From the NCBI GenBank assembly GCA_964016885.1, contig OZ024743.1:306714001-306778000 (forward strand): 64,000 nucleotides of DNA, in the 5' to 3' direction. This document shows positions 1 to 15,368 of the stretch, one piece after another. The notes under the pieces were generated by a model, which saw only the letters and a list, made by a program, of their open reading frames with translations, was not told the origin of the DNA and made no database searches. Numbering within the stretch: the first letter of the stretch is position 1; every line of letters begins with the position of its first letter. The position numbers and the translations under genes were made by a program. The DNA is from Eledone cirrhosa (Eukaryota).

Positions 1-1100
1 AGTGTTACATTTAAGAAATTTGCTTTTTTAAAGTTAAGTTCGAAAGTGATACCTAGGCCTAGTTTGTTGAAGAATACTCTAATGATTTTTCGTAATTTTT
101 CCATGTTTTGATTATTTAAGTTTTTGGCTAAAAGGAATATATCGTCTCTGTAAATTCCTCCTTGGAGGTTATTGAATTCCTTATGTAAGTTTTGCGCTAT
201 ATATATTCCTTCAAAGTCCGTTACCTGCGCTTTGTCGTTAGATCCCATTGTGATATCGAAGCTATTTTGTCTGTTTTTTCGTTCCCAGTAACTATTTTCG
301 AATCTAATGATAGTTCTCCTAGCAGCTAGCATTATTTTAATTTCGTCCGAGGTAAGGTCCGAATTTTTACCCAGGGTGACTGGCGATATGGATGAGTAGT
401 AGTCATTAATGTCAAACTGTACGAAGTTAGATGTTTCTCTACTGTTTATTTTGCTGAACCAGTCTATTGCTTCGTTAGTGTTACCCCATAGCTTAATTAT
501 TAGTTTGTCCTTCATTTGTGCGATTACTCTATCTAGTATATACTTGCTAATTCTACCTATATCCGACTTAGATGGGCATATTAATCTAATTGTGAGGTCT
601 ATTTCGAAATTATTTTTGTGATCCTTTAGGTTAAATGTGGGGTTACAAGGCTCGGTTCTATCAGATATTTTCAGTTTTTTTTTACTATGCTAAGTCCTTC
701 CTTATTAATGCTAGTGAGTTCAGATTCTGTTGTTGTTTTTTTGTATTTTTTGTGCAATTCACGGCGTATAAAATTATTGTATGTGTTGAGGCTCATGGTG
801 TATACGTTTGATGTTTTGTCTGCTTTTACTATAATACCGTTGGTGTTACGTAGTTTTTTTAGTAGTGCAGTGATGTCCTTTTGCAATTTGTTGTGATGTG
901 TCCGTTTTTTTAATTTAGTTCCACTTATCATGTTCATGAGGTCGAGTTCGAAGACATCGAGCTGGGGGTTATTTAGTGGATTTTTTCAGGATTTGAATGC
1001 GTATTTTTCCCTAGTAAATTCCTCCGTGTTATTAGCGTGTCCTTTGTCGTAATGGTAGGCCTTCCATCGGATTCGACGGATGAAATCATTAGTACGCTGT
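1..1100 (-). pseudogene. Penelope-like element reverse transcriptase, Naiad-like, frameshifted, runs off the window
   Basis: Manual minus-strand translation gives FIRRIRWKAYHY, IIVKADKTSNVY, FNLKDHKNNF, IRLICPSKSDIGRISKYILDR, FVQFDINDYY, FDITMGS and catalytic GIYRDD (141-152). There is one in-frame TGA (986-988) and a frameshift near 671. The clade call is from motif recall. Confidence 0.85.
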
Positions 1101-1105
1101 ATCCA

Positions 1106-1227
1106 TCGAAACGGCTTGAGCTCTGCCGTCGGGGGTCTAACATTTTCCTATTACCCACTCTACTACCCTAAGTATTGAATACTCTGGTGCTTTATGGTCC
1201 ATCAGCTTCCTTAACACACCTCCTTCG

Positions 1228-1229
<2 letters not shown>
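1106..1229 (+). mobile_element. Inverted pLTR/tail of the PLE (family A) with 3' half of a hammerhead
   Basis: GAA-ACGGC-TTGAGCTCT-GCCGT-C-GGGG (stem III plus GUC site), then the tail, then (TA)n. It lies head-to-head with the RT ORF. The same sequence recurs at 11.6, 24.5, 45.4 and 49.7 kb. Confidence 0.75.
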
Positions 1230-2575
<1,346 letters not shown>

Positions 2576-3193
2576 AGGATGAGTCCAGGGAGAGTGAATG
2601 AATGAAAGGCGAGAAAGGGCAGCGAGAAGTTGATTGAGAAAGAGAAGAGTAAAGAGTGATAGAGGCTACAATATGGGAGATGGAAAGAGAGTGGAGAAAA
2701 GGAGAAAAGGAAATGACGAAGGCGAAGAAAGAAACGATGAAATGACAAAGAGAGCTAGGAAGATGGGGAGGAGAAATGTGAGTGATGATGGTATAGAGTA
2801 AGAGAGAGAGGGGGAAGAAGTGGGGAGAAAACGGCAGCAGTGACTGGATAGAGGGGGGTAGCAGAGAGGGAGATTGAGAAAAAGGGAGATTTTGTGGGGG
2901 GGGGGGTAAGAGGAGGGGGCAATGATTTGTAAAGAAAGAGGAAAATAATGAAGAGAGAGAGAGTAACTGCTTAAGAGAAAGATGTCGACACGCGCGAGCG
3001 CGTATACGCACACACACTCACACACACACACGCACACACGCACACACGCACACACACACATACACACACACATACACATACACATATATAAATTGAATTG
3101 AGAAGATTGTTGAACCCTTATACGTTTATACACCATGGATGAGTCCATCATACATATATATTTGGATTTAATTGGAATTATTCTCTTCCCATT

Positions 3194-3860
3194 AGGAGGT
3201 AGATCCCTCGTCTGGGATGTCACATGTTGTGACACGTTCCCCGCCTCCAACTTAGTCGCTTCGGTCACAGATCCCGGAACTGCGGCCCGCAGTGCAGAGG
3301 AAAGGAATATAAACAAATACTGGGGACTGTCTGGCCATTTCCACTTTACATCCGACGCCGTCCAGACCTCAGGCGTCTTCGGACTCCGGACTGCCGAACT
3401 CTTTCGCAAGATTGGAACGTCAGCAGCCCGTCTAAGGAAGGGGCTCTGTGAGTTGGGGTTGTTGCAGCGGCTATCGCTGGTCATTGTCCGTGGAAATGCA
3501 TTTGCAGTTTTGATCGCGAGGCGCAGCCCATACACCGCCGCGCCCTAGGCCCAGAGCCCATCGCCCTCTCCCCTTCTCCCTCCTTTCTTCTGTGGCCCTA
3601 GAGTCCTTGCTTTTTCCCTCCTTCTCTCATTTATGACATTTATAGTCCGTTTCCCTATTTTCCCTTACAGCCAGATCTGCCCTTCTTTACCCCTTCCCCT
3701 TTTGCTCATTACTTAATTTTGCTTTTATCTTCCCTTTTCATATTTAACCATTAATGGTATTTAGACAACATTGTGGTTTTTATAGTGTCTCCATTTTGTT
3801 TTTCTTTCTTTTAACGTAAGCATTTCACCATTCTACTCTCTTATTTACTAAAAATAATAA
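3194..3860 (+). mobile_element. 3' fragment of a CRE-like non-LTR retrotransposon (restriction-like endonuclease plus 3' UTR)
   Basis: GRSLVWDVTCCDTF...AEERNINKY...AVQTSGVFG...LQRLSLVIVRGNA, stop at 3548, then a pyrimidine-rich UTR. Confidence 0.75.
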
Positions 3861-3965
3861 TTGAACAAATCCCCCACAAAAAAAGAATAAGAAATATTTA
3901 TATTCTAACTCGCTCTACTGACTTCAGTTGCTCTCTACCTTGGATATTTTTACCTACCTATTACT

Positions 3966-4033
<68 letters not shown>

Positions 4034-4058
4034 CGTGTGTGTGTGTTTGTGTGTGTGT

Positions 4059-4096
<38 letters not shown>

Positions 4097-4268
4097 TTAT
4101 GAGAATCTCAAACGCAGAAAATAACTGTCATAATAGTCGATCGCAATAGATAAAAGCTGAGAAAATCGGATAAAATGCCCTTATGGAGGGAAAACCCCTG
4201 GAATATCTTGCGAGTTCATTACCTTTACAGCAAGGGGCCACTGACAATGTTTATCATTTATTTTAGGA

Positions 4269-4720
4269 TGCTATACTATACAGCTATAGAGCAGATCCGA
4301 AGGATGCTATACTATAGAGCTATAGAGCGTAGCCGAAGGATACTATACAGCTACAGAGCGTAGCCGACGGATACTATACTATAGAGCTATAGAGCAGAGC
4401 CGAAGGGTGCTATACTATACAGCTATGGAGGGTAGTCAACAGATACTATATTATACAGCTATAGAGCGTAGCCGAGTGATACTATACTATAGATCTATAG
4501 AGCGTAGCCGACGGTTACTATACTATACAGCTATAGAGGGTGGTCGAAGGATACTATACTATACTACTATAGAGCAGGGCCGAATGTTACTACACAGCTA
4601 TAGAGGATGACCGAAGAATTCTATGATATACAGCTATAGAAATACAAACAGCTATAGAGGGTGGCTGAAACCTTATTATTATCGAACGGTGCGATACTAT
4701 ACAGCTATAGAGCTATAGAG
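4269..4720. repeat. 36-bp minisatellite, about 12 degenerate copies
   Basis: Unit approximately TACTATACTATACAGCTATAGAGCGTAGCCGAAGGA; for example 4269-4304 and 4305-4340. Confidence 0.95.
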
Positions 4721-5042
4721 CATAGTAAAAATTATCGAAGTACTTCAAATTACCTACAAACTTTTTTTCACTGCTCTCGCACTCACCAATCTTCTGCAAC
4801 TTACCCCCTTCTTTTTCTCTTTCTTCTCTCTTTTTCTTTTTTTTCTATTTCAATTTTTTTTTAATCTCTCACTGTTTTTATCCTCTTTCTATCCTTTCTT
4901 TCTCTTTTTCTCTTCCAAACTCCCACTCTTCTAATTTCATTCTTTCCTGGTGAAGGATTAACGTCCGAGACTTGGAGACATTGTTTGCTTTTTTTAATTT
5001 CCCAACCTGAAACACTTCATATTATTATCCTTCTTGGCAAAG

Positions 5043-5157
5043 TCAAATCCCGCCGAGATTAACTTTGCCTTTTATCCTTACGGGGTCGATAAAATAAAGT
5101 ACCAGTAATACACTGGGGTAATTGCTGGCCTTATGTCAAAAGTAGAAACAATTATTA
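5043..5157 (+). mobile_element. 5'-truncated tRNA-derived SINE
   Basis: Matches the 3' half of the full copies at 30890 and 32517 and ends in AGAAACAATTATT. Confidence 0.85.
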
Positions 5158-5335
5158 TCCTTCTTGTTTGTCTTCTTTTTTAACGTTGAACTGTCTACGT
5201 TTTCCCGTCCCCAGGGGCTTATCTGCCCAACTTGTTCGACTGGTTTTCATAGTCAAAATACGTGCGTTGTAGCAGTTAACTTAAAATTTATTTCAAAAAA
5301 GCTTTATACTCGTTCAACGGTTCTAAAAATATATC

Positions 5336-5388
<53 letters not shown>

Positions 5389-5481
5389 CGTGTGTGTGTG
5401 CGTGTGCGTCTGTGTGTGTGTGCGTGCGTGTTTTGCAAGATTCTTGATGTGAAATTTTTATTACTAGTTATTGGCTAGTTC

Positions 5482-5524
5482 ATCAAAGTTCTTTCGTTAC
5501 ACATTCTGTGACCTCCTCAATGAT
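5482..5524 (-). ncRNA. Degenerate type I hammerhead
   Basis: ATCA-TTGAGGA-stem II-GAAA-GAAC-TT-TGAT. Homologous to 10675-10717 with a compensatory stem I change (ATCA/TGAT versus GTCA/TGAC). Confidence 0.5.
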
Positions 5525-6084
5525 TATTTCTTCTCCTTTATGCCTCTTCTTCTTTCTAGTCTTAATCTGTTACTCCATCTTGTATTTTGATAAGCTAAGT
5601 AGATATATTTAATACTGAAATTGTACTATGAAGCGAACCTATTTTAGTTATTTATTCACTGGGATATTGTATTTATAGTCAATACAATTAAAGACGTCCT
5701 TAAACCGGAAATCATGATTTGCATAAACGGCGTATTGCCGTTTAATTATTATTATTTAATTAGTGTTATGCTAAGAAACGTATTTTTTTTATGCTGTAGT
5801 TGTACTATAAAGTAAATTATTTGTTTTAGCCGGGACTATGTGTGTAATTAAATAAACCGGAGAAATACAAAGTCCTATAAAACCCGACATATGTAGAAAA
5901 GGTGAGATTGGGCCCAACTGGATAATTTGGAACACTAACCAAGAACAATGGATTCATCTGTTAATTTACATTACAGAAACATAGCATTTACATTGTAGCA
6001 TCCGTAAACTCTCTTTCTTTCGTTTCTCTCCACCTCTTCTCCGTCTGACTCTCTATCTATCTAGAAACATATCTATCTATCTAT

Positions 6085-6117
<33 letters not shown>

Positions 6118-6185
6118 AAAAAATATGAAATCGAAAATGCAACTGGAGTCTTATTTTTAAAAAAATATATATATTTATTTGGTTT

Positions 6186-6221
6186 CTTTACCAGTTTCGC
6201 AGTTCTTCTGCTTTTCAAAAG
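6186..6221 (-). ncRNA. Minimal hammerhead, U3-A8 core variant
   Basis: CTT-TTGAAAA-GCAG-AAGAA-CTGC-GAAA-CTGG-TA-AAG; mirror copy at 10300-10335 (+) has the palindromic CCGG loop. Confidence 0.6.
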
Positions 6222-7103
6222 TAGAGTTGAGATGGAGGGTCTGTGGTTTTTCTCACATCTGGCTGGTCTCTGAATGTTACTTGTTTTATATGGAAAAAGT
6301 GGCTCGAAATGCCAGGTTTTTCGAGAAGTAACTTGAGTGGTTGGTCAATAATTATAATAAATTTCGCGCCAGTTCACGTTACAATAGTTCTTCAAACAAG
6401 CGGGGGGGGGGGGTCACAGGTTGTCTTTTCATATATGAGTGTTTGAATTTCTTTACTTAAAAAAAAAAGGTGGCTCACGAAGACTCTTTTTTAATAAACG
6501 TAATTTGATTGGTTATAAATGAAATTATGGCTGTCACGTGAACAAGCTTTCATTAAATTTTCGCGTCCTTATTTGGAAATCCATTCTGTAGCCTTTTTAG
6601 AGAATTTTATGATAATTAAAAGATAATGGTCAAGAGAAATGGGATGGGAGAATTGTTCTGGTTCAGTGAATATGGTTAGTTCGCTGGGGTGTCAGAATTC
6701 AGATTTTCTATTGAATAAAGAAAGTAAAGATATGTATGTTTATTTGTGTGCTTGTGTGTGTGTGCGTGTGTGTGTGTGTGTGTGTGTTGTGTGTGTGTTT
6801 GAATTTCTTTTTACTTAAAAAAAGGGGCTCACGAAGGCTTTTTTTAAATAAACGTAATTTGATTGGTTATAAATGGAATTATGGCTGTCACGTGAACAAG
6901 TTTTCATTAAATTTTCTCGCCCTTATTTGGAAATCTATTCTGTAGCCTATTTAGAGAATTTTATGACAAGCAAAAGATAATGGTCAAGAGAAATGGGATG
7001 GGAGAATTGTTCTGGTTCAGTGAATATGGTTAGTTCGCTGGGGTGTCAGAATTCAGATTTTCTATTGAATAAAGAAAGTAAAGATATGTATGTTTATTTG
7101 TGT

Positions 7104-7145
<42 letters not shown>

Positions 7146-7588
7146 TGGAAGATGATTCTATTAGTAGAAATGGGGGAGGGAGTTGTGTATGTGTGTATAT
7201 GGGTGTTATGTGTGTGTGGGGGAGTATGTTAAGATGGAGAGAATATATATATTTTTGTGTTTGTGTATATGTGTGTAGGAAAGTGATTCTATTAGTAGAA
7301 ATGGGGGAGGGGAGTTGTGTGTATGGGTGTTATGTGTGTGGGAGTATGGTTAACATGTTAAGATGAAGAGAATATATATATATATATATATTGTGTGTGT
7401 GTGTAGGAATATTTTTGAATGAACATATTTTCCTTACTTATTCGTATTTGTTCTGTTGTATTGTCAGTGCAAACGTATGTTAAGGTTTATTTAGTTCGGG
7501 TTTTTATTTTCTAAAGTAGAAGGTGTTATGTGTGTGTGTATGTGTCTGTTTGGATGGTTAGCATGTTATGGTGTTGACATAATGTATA

Positions 7589-9490
7589 TTAAACCATATT
7601 TAATGCTGGTCTATATTTTTGAATAAACATATTTTCCTTATTTATTCGTATTTGTTCTGTTGTATTGTTAGCGCAAAGGTAAAATGGGAAGACTTGGAAT
7701 TCGGGTGTCTTATTACGTGAGCATATGTCTAGATGTGCGCTTAGTGGTATCTGTCTCGTGGTTGGATCTCGTAATTGTTGGCGATGAACTGTCATTCTGT
7801 TTCTGAGTGTGAGTTTAGTTTGTCCTATATAATCTTCATTGCATCCTTTACATTTAATGGCATAAATTAGATTTTTTGATGAGCAAGTGAAGTGATTTTT
7901 TACAGTAAAATTTTGTCCTGATTTAAATGTATACGTGTTGCCTTCAATGAGGTGAGTGTAGGTTCCACAATTAGAGCGACCACATTTTTTGACACTTGGT
8001 TGTGGGTCTGTGGTAGGTAATTTGGTAGGTAATTTGGTAATTTGGTGAGTAATGTTTTTAGTGATTTCGGTTGTCTTTTGCTTTTGATTATTTTGTGTTT
8101 CAAGGGCTTTTTTCATTCTTGTGTTTTGTTTTAGTAGTGGGATGTTCTTGTGAATAGTGTTGTAAGCTTCCGCATTTCTTGGGTTGTGTGTTGAGATATA
8201 TGATAGAATATTGGACGTACCTTGAATTTGTTTCTGTTTTCGTAATTCATCAATGCCTATTGCTTTAGCCCTTTCTATTCCATTATTTATTAGTAATAGT
8301 GGGTACTCTTTTTCGAGTAGAATTTCCTTTAATTCTTGAAGTCTTTTATTTCGCGTTCATAATTGGAGACAATTGTGCAAATTCTTCTTGCTAGGTTAAA
8401 AGGAATGTTCGTCTTCGTGTGCTTTGGGTGGTTGGAGGTGAATAGCAGATATTGTTTGGAATCTGTTGGTTTGTAGTGTATGTCAGTTTCAATATTTGTG
8501 TCTTTTTTATAGATTAAGATGTCCAGAAATGGGAGTTGATCTTGGCTGTATTCCATTGTGAATTGGATGTGGTTATTGATGCCGTTTATTAAGTTTTTGA
8601 AATCCTTCAGTTGGTCGAGTGTGTGGGACCAAAGAATGAGACAATAATCCAAGTAGCGTTTCCAATTCTCTGATAAATATTTGTGGAAGTTCAATCCGTA
8701 TTTTGATTTGGACTGTTCATATATCTGGACTACTAAGTATGCCATGACTAAGTTGGCATAAGTTGGAGCAGCTTTTGTACCCATCGCAGTCCCCGATATT
8801 TGCTTGTAAGTACTGCCATCGAAATCAAAAAAGTTGTTCTGTAAGATGAATTTTAATCCCTCGGTGATGAAGCTTTTTTCTATTCTGTCAGGTATCTCAT
8901 TGGGATATTCCTCTAGCCAGAATCCTATTGCTTCTAGTCCGTATTGTTGTGGGATCGTTGTGTAGAGATTCACTACATCGAAAGACAATAATAGTGTCGT
9001 TGTTGACATGTTTGGGGAGGTGGTTTAAGAGGTCCAGATCGTCTCTTACAAGGCTTGGTATGTGTTTGAGAATTGGTTTTAGTAGTATGTCTATAAAGTT
9101 GCTCAGTCTGTGTGTTTCACCTTGTGGGCCCGCTACAATTGGTCTTAATTTAAGGTATGTGGGGTATTGTGTGTTCACGCAGTCTGAGGTGGATTGTTTA
9201 CAGGTATCGTTAATTATTTTACACTTTTGGATCTTAGGAAGTCCGTAAAGGTTGCTGCTTTTGTATTCAAAATGTGTTAAATAATCGCGTTCCTTTTTAG
9301 TTAGGTCTTCCTGGTATCGATAAATCAGTGTGTTTAATCTGGTCATTGTTTTTGATTGCTGGTAGTTTTTTACTCTTTCATAGTAATTAGTATTTTGTAA
9401 GAGAGAGAACATAGAAGTTTTATATTTTTCAGCATCCATAATGACAACAGTACTTCCCTTGTCCGCTTCCTTAATTATAATTTACGTATT
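7589..9490 (-). pseudogene. PLE RT plus C-terminal GIY-YIG endonuclease (Neptune-like), disrupted
   Basis: KEADKG, LYGLPKIQK, LRPIVAG, SFDVVNLYT, GTAMGTKAAPTYANL, RYLDY (decayed YxDD), LPFLDI, YKPTD, Cys linker CGRSNCG, NLIYAIKC..C...YIGQT...LRNRM..HR. Split over three ORF-track frames. Confidence 0.92.
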
Positions 9491-9704
9491 CATGGATAAT
9501 CTCCCATTCCCTTCGACTCGTGTTGAATAGATTTCCAAATAAGGGCGCGAAAATTTAATGAAAACTTGTTCACCTGACAGCCATAATTCCATTTATAACC
9601 AATCAAATACGTTTATTAAAAAAAAGCCTTCGTGAGCCCCCTTTTTTTAAGTAAAAAGACATTCAAACACACACACAACACACACACACAACACACACAC
9701 ACAC

Positions 9705-9748
<44 letters not shown>

Positions 9749-10502
9749 TACACACACAATCACACAAATAAACATACATATCTTTACTTTCTTTATTCAA
9801 TAGAAAATCTGAATTCTGACACCCAGCGAACTAACCATATTCACTGGACCAGAACAATTCTCCCATCCCATTTCTCTTGACCATTATCTTTTAATTATCA
9901 TAAAATTCTCTAAAACGGCTACAGAATGTATTTCCAAATAATGCGCGAAAATTTAATGAAAACTTGTTCGCGTGACAGCCATAATTTCATTTATAACCAA
10001 TCAAATTACGTTTATAAAAAATAAGCTTCCGTGAGCCCCCTCGAAAGAAATTCAAACACTCATATATGAAAAAACAACTTGTGATCCCCCCCCCCCCACA
10101 CACACACACCACCACCACCCTTGTTTGAAGAACTTTGTAACGCGAACTGGCGCGAAATTTTTATTATAATTATTGACCAACCAATCAAATTACTTCTCGA
10201 AAAACCTGGCATTTCGAGTCACTTTTTCCATATAAAACAAGTAACATTCAGAGACCAACCAGATGTGAGAAAAACCACAGACCCTCCATCTCAACTCTAC
10301 TTTTGAAAAACAGAAGAACTGCGAAACCGGTAAAGGCACCAAATAAATATATATATTTTTTTTTAAAATAAGACTCCGGTTGCATTTTCGATTTCATCTC
10401 TTTTTCTTTATACTTTCACTCGTGTAGGACACCTCGGTTATTTTTCATTTTGTAAAAAAAACCTCACTTTCTAATATATATATATATATAGATATATATA
10501 TA

Positions 10503-10559
<57 letters not shown>

Positions 10560-10674
10560 ATTATTATGCTGCTGCCAATAAAATCACACGTACCTGTTGA
10601 TTTTCACTCCATTTTATTATAAATTTCCGGTTGGTAGATTGGTTGGTTCGATAACCGATGGTTGCTTATATATT

Positions 10675-10717
10675 GTCAAAGCTCTTTCGTCACACATTCT
10701 GTGACTTCCTCAGTGAC
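10675..10717 (-). ncRNA. Minimal type I hammerhead
   Basis: GTCA-CTGAGGA-A-GTCACA...TGTGAC-GAAA-GAGC-TT-TGAC; homologues at 5482 and 26733-26775 (+). Confidence 0.65.
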
Positions 10718-10771
10718 TAGGTTTTTATTTTGTGTCTCTCCTTTGTGCTATCCTACACCACCTTGTTTGTT

Positions 10772-10877
<106 letters not shown>

Positions 10878-11333
10878 CGTGTATGTGTGTTTTAGTATAT
10901 ATATATATGTGTGTGTGTTAGTGTTTTATGTACACATCTACATATATGTTTCAGTACACACATATGTGTTTGTAGGACAGGATATTTATGTTTTCATAGA
11001 TTTTTATATCGTTTGTCTCATAAAGACATGTCATGTTGTTAGAGAGGGAAGGGGAGGTAATTACTGGAAGTTTAATTAATAAAGTAGGGCGCTAGGTGGT
11101 GTGGCAGGCGGAAAATATTAATAAATAATGCATACACACACATGCACACACTATAGAAAGACACTGATAAAATATACAACCATAATATTTACAGATACGC
11201 ACACTGACATAAATATTATACACAGTCATAAATAATACACACACACACACATCTATATATATATATATGTATACATATTGACACATAAACACTGACACAC
11301 ATATTGACACATAAATATTATACACACACACAC

Positions 11334-11428
<95 letters not shown>

Positions 11429-11586
11429 TGTGCATATGTAGAGAGATGCATGAGCGTGTGTGTGTGTGAGAGAGAGAGGGTATTTTAAATGGCTAAAATC
11501 AAACATTTCATCCGAGTACCTCAATATAGACAACACCGTTTCTGTAGTCCATTTTCATATATATATATATATATATATATATTGGA

Positions 11587-11731
11587 AAATGGACTACAGA
11601 AATAGCCGTCGATACGGCTTGAGCTCTGACGTCGGGGTCAAACATTTTTCTATTACCCACTCTACTGCCCTAAGTATTGAGTACTCTGGTGCGTTATGGT
11701 CCATCTGGTTCCTTACCACACCTCCTTCGTT
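11587..11731 (+). mobile_element. Family A pLTR fragment
   Basis: Near copy of 1106-1229, flanked by (TA)n. Confidence 0.8.
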
Positions 11732-12048
11732 AAATATATATATATATATATAGAATATTTAAGTATAGTGAGAGAGAATAAGAGGTTTAAAGGGATAAGC
11801 GATACATATAGTTAGTTGCCATAAGGTTGTGCATTTGTGCTCAATATTTGTGCCTACAGGGTTAAATATTGGAAGCGTTAATATTTAGCGGCTGAGAAAA
11901 TAAGCAGAGCGGTTACAAATGTAGGTGCTTTTATATAAACATGTTCTCACCGTATATATTCTCCTTTGTAATCCTTTCATATATATATATGAACCTAATA
12001 AACCTTTATTTGTCTGCCTCTCTGTTTCGTTCCCCTCCAAATTTGCAC

Positions 12049-12192
<144 letters not shown>

Positions 12193-12268
12193 TATATATA
12201 TATATCTATATGTATATATATATATATATATATGCATAGATATATATAAATGTATATATAAATATAAT

Positions 12269-12542
<274 letters not shown>

Positions 12543-12545
12543 CAT

Positions 12546-12843
12546 ATGTATTGAAGATCGAATGACGTAACCTCAAGCGATTAGCGAACTCTAGACTCAC
12601 CTGATCAACGAAACAATTGTCAGTACTTTAAATAAAGCCCTTATTGTACAGCCAACCATGTTACTCTTCTTCCTTTAACTATTATTACTCCAAGTATAAC
12701 CTGCATAGAAATTACCGCGAACTCGCTGAATAACTATGGAAGCATCTTGTTGAGTCAAACAAAGCGGTACGTTAAAACTATCCACAACGTAGAGTACTCA
12801 CATCCTCTAACTGGATTACCTATAACGATAACTTGTTATCCCA
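12546..12843 (+). mobile_element. Probable pLTR fragment with hammerhead 3' half and tail motif
   Basis: GAAA-CAATTG-TC at 12610-12621; GAGTACT at 12792, 51 nt before (TA)n. The 5' core is not clearly intact. Confidence 0.5.
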
Positions 12844-12860
12844 TATATACATATATATAC

Positions 12861-12927
<67 letters not shown>

Positions 12928-12957
12928 TATACGTATATATAATTCGATATATATATA

Positions 12958-13048
<91 letters not shown>

Positions 13049-13643
13049 GTATATATATATATATATAATTCGATATATATATATCGAATTCACCGCCAAA
13101 ACGGGGGTTACCTCCCTTGGAGAAAACCACGTGTCTATAGCGAAATTTATGCTAGAACATACCCGCAGAGGCTAAAGAACACAAGACTTGTTGAAGAAGT
13201 AAATCCTTTGTTCTGTCGTCAAAGACCATTAACTTGCAGACCCCTGTAATCGGAATTTGTCGATCTTCGATTTGCAGTAAACCTAGCTCTGATGTTGTGT
13301 GGTGAATGTGATGTATATCGTATGCTATACGATATGTATTATATGTACCAGTAATGCACTGGATAATTGCTGGCCTTGTGCCTAAAGTAGAAACAGTTAT
13401 ATGTTGCATTCGGTCTCAGCGTTATGTCCAGGTCAGTCTAAAATCTTTTCCTGAGTCCAACCATTCTCGTTGCTGTGGTAATGCGGCTGGACTGCCGATC
13501 GCTATATTTGATATGCGAAGCTGTCTAAATGTATTGTCATTACTCTGGGGTACTATTCCCATTCGAATGCTAAAGCTACATACCGAATTTGCATTCGTTA
13601 GCTTGGCCGCAAACTAAGGCTTCGTTAATGCTGTACTAAAATT

Positions 13644-13684
<41 letters not shown>

Positions 13685-13746
13685 GTTATTCCGGGTTGAA
13701 TCGGAGGTAACCACAGTAAGTAAGGTACTCAATACATAGCTGAGTA
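13685..13746 (-). mobile_element. Tail-only copy of family B pLTR
   Basis: Matches 54103-54164 and sits within (TA)n; another copy at ~54471-54550. Confidence 0.75.
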
Positions 13747-15090
13747 TATATATATATATATACATATACATATACTATAACGAGTAATTTTCTACAATGA
13801 TAGTATCTTCTAAATATGATATATACACTTGTTGTTCTTGTTTATCCCTAAATTTAGTTCTGATAGGATAGATGTATATTTAAAGACGTTCGAACCGTGA
13901 CCATTGAGACTTTTAAAAAATATCTATGTCCAAGTAAAATCATGAGAATTTCGCGATATTTATTCATAGAAAACTGATATTATCATAGATATATGGTTTT
14001 GTCTTTCCCAAAGTCACACAGTGTGAGAGACGGGGGACATATCTAGTGAGACAATGAAATAAGTATACACTACAGAAATAATGTCTGTTATTTTAATGTG
14101 TGTGTGTGTGAGTGTATATGAGTGTGTGTGAGTGTGAGTGAGTGTGAATGCGTGAGCGTGTGTGTGGTATATGTGTGATCTGTATTGACTACTTATTTTT
14201 TAAGAGTTAGTCAACCTCGTGATTCCGGTGGACAAGATGGAGAAGACATTGTTCCGGGGGATGGGGTGAGAGAGATGTACTGGAACAACTACTCCAGCAC
14301 GTGAGGCTCACACATGCCGGTAGTCAAATCCACCTCGATAGCAGTTAATAAGGATATGGTCAAGAGGCAAAGAACGCCGAAAATCTCCACTTCCAAAGGC
14401 TCGACCAGAAACCTATGAGAGAGTGGTCGATACAAGAGATTGAGTCACATAGCACCAGTCATTAGTTGTTATAGCAGCAGGAATATAGAGCACATTCACA
14501 AGATGGTCACTCAAAGAAGCAGAAATAGGTGCTAATGGGTGAGATGAAAAACATAAATGCGAAAAAGAGCCGATTGCCAGATCGGACAAAAGACACTATG
14601 TTTCCATAGGTCTTTCTTTACTAGTGAAGTCACTCTGAAGGTTTAGTACAGGCTTGAGCAGTCACGATTCACTGATCGGTCATTTTGCCAATAAAGCACA
14701 ACCGAAGTCTGTGCGATGAAGTTTTGATTTTTGCTATACTGTTAGTGGTAAGGGTGTTGGACTGTGGGTTGTCTTCTTGAGGAAATCCCTTCATTGCAGG
14801 TTGCTCCAGTATACTCAGTGGAGGGGGGGTTCTTATATTCTCAGTCGCTAAATACCTCGAAAACCGGGAAAAGCACTGGTGTAATGAGCGTCCAGGTTCG
14901 AGATAAACATTAGACTTTTAGGTGTTGTTATGGGAATTCGTTAGGGAGAGGTATTGCATCATTGAAGGGGAAAAGGGAGGTGCGTAAAATATGTTCATAT
15001 TTCATAGCAGACGATAGTCACCACATACATACACACACATACACACACATACACACACATGCACTACTGCCCATCTATATATATGTCTCA

Positions 15091-15238
15091 GATTGGAAAC
15101 GGTAAAAACCAGCTAGAGCATTACTCACCAGAGTACTCGATACTTAGGGTAGTAGAGAGGGTAATATGAAAAATTCGGGATCCCAAACTGTTCGGATTTA
15201 GCTGTTGAAACGGCAGGAACTCAGCCGAATTTTTCTTT
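15091..15238 (-). mobile_element. Diverged family A-related pLTR fragment
   Basis: CAGAGTACTCGATACTTAGGGTAGTAGAG matches the family A tail; relatives at 33108-33250 (+) and 52715-52850 (-). Confidence 0.6.
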
Positions 15239-15246
15239 TATATATG

Positions 15247-15282
<36 letters not shown>

Positions 15283-15368
15283 AGGTGAGTGTTATTGTAG
15301 CACAATAAAGCAATGCAAATATCGGATAAGTAGCACTCAACAGTTTATAGGATAGGAGTATAAATAAT

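Larger units (their letters stand above)
6116..10475 (-). mobile_element. 5'-truncated Neptune-like PLE bracketed by long inverted pLTR copies
   Basis: Left arm ~6116-6935 is the reverse complement of ~9530-10408, including an internal tandem duplication. The right arm carries an extra tail to 10475. TA-rich microsatellite lies on both sides. Confidence 0.85.

Noticed and set aside
986-988. In-frame TGA in a Naiad-like ORF as possible selenocysteine
   Set aside because: The context FKS*KNP fits CGA>TGA decay, the copy is also frameshifted, and no SECIS is visible.
4269-4720. 36-bp repeats as a CRISPR array
   Set aside because: Units are contiguous with no unique spacers, there are no cas genes and the context is eukaryotic.
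14215-14640. Higher-complexity islands (also 54835-55190 and 60920-61110) as host exons
   Set aside because: No convincing ORF, splice pair or domain; probably old transposon debris, left unassigned.
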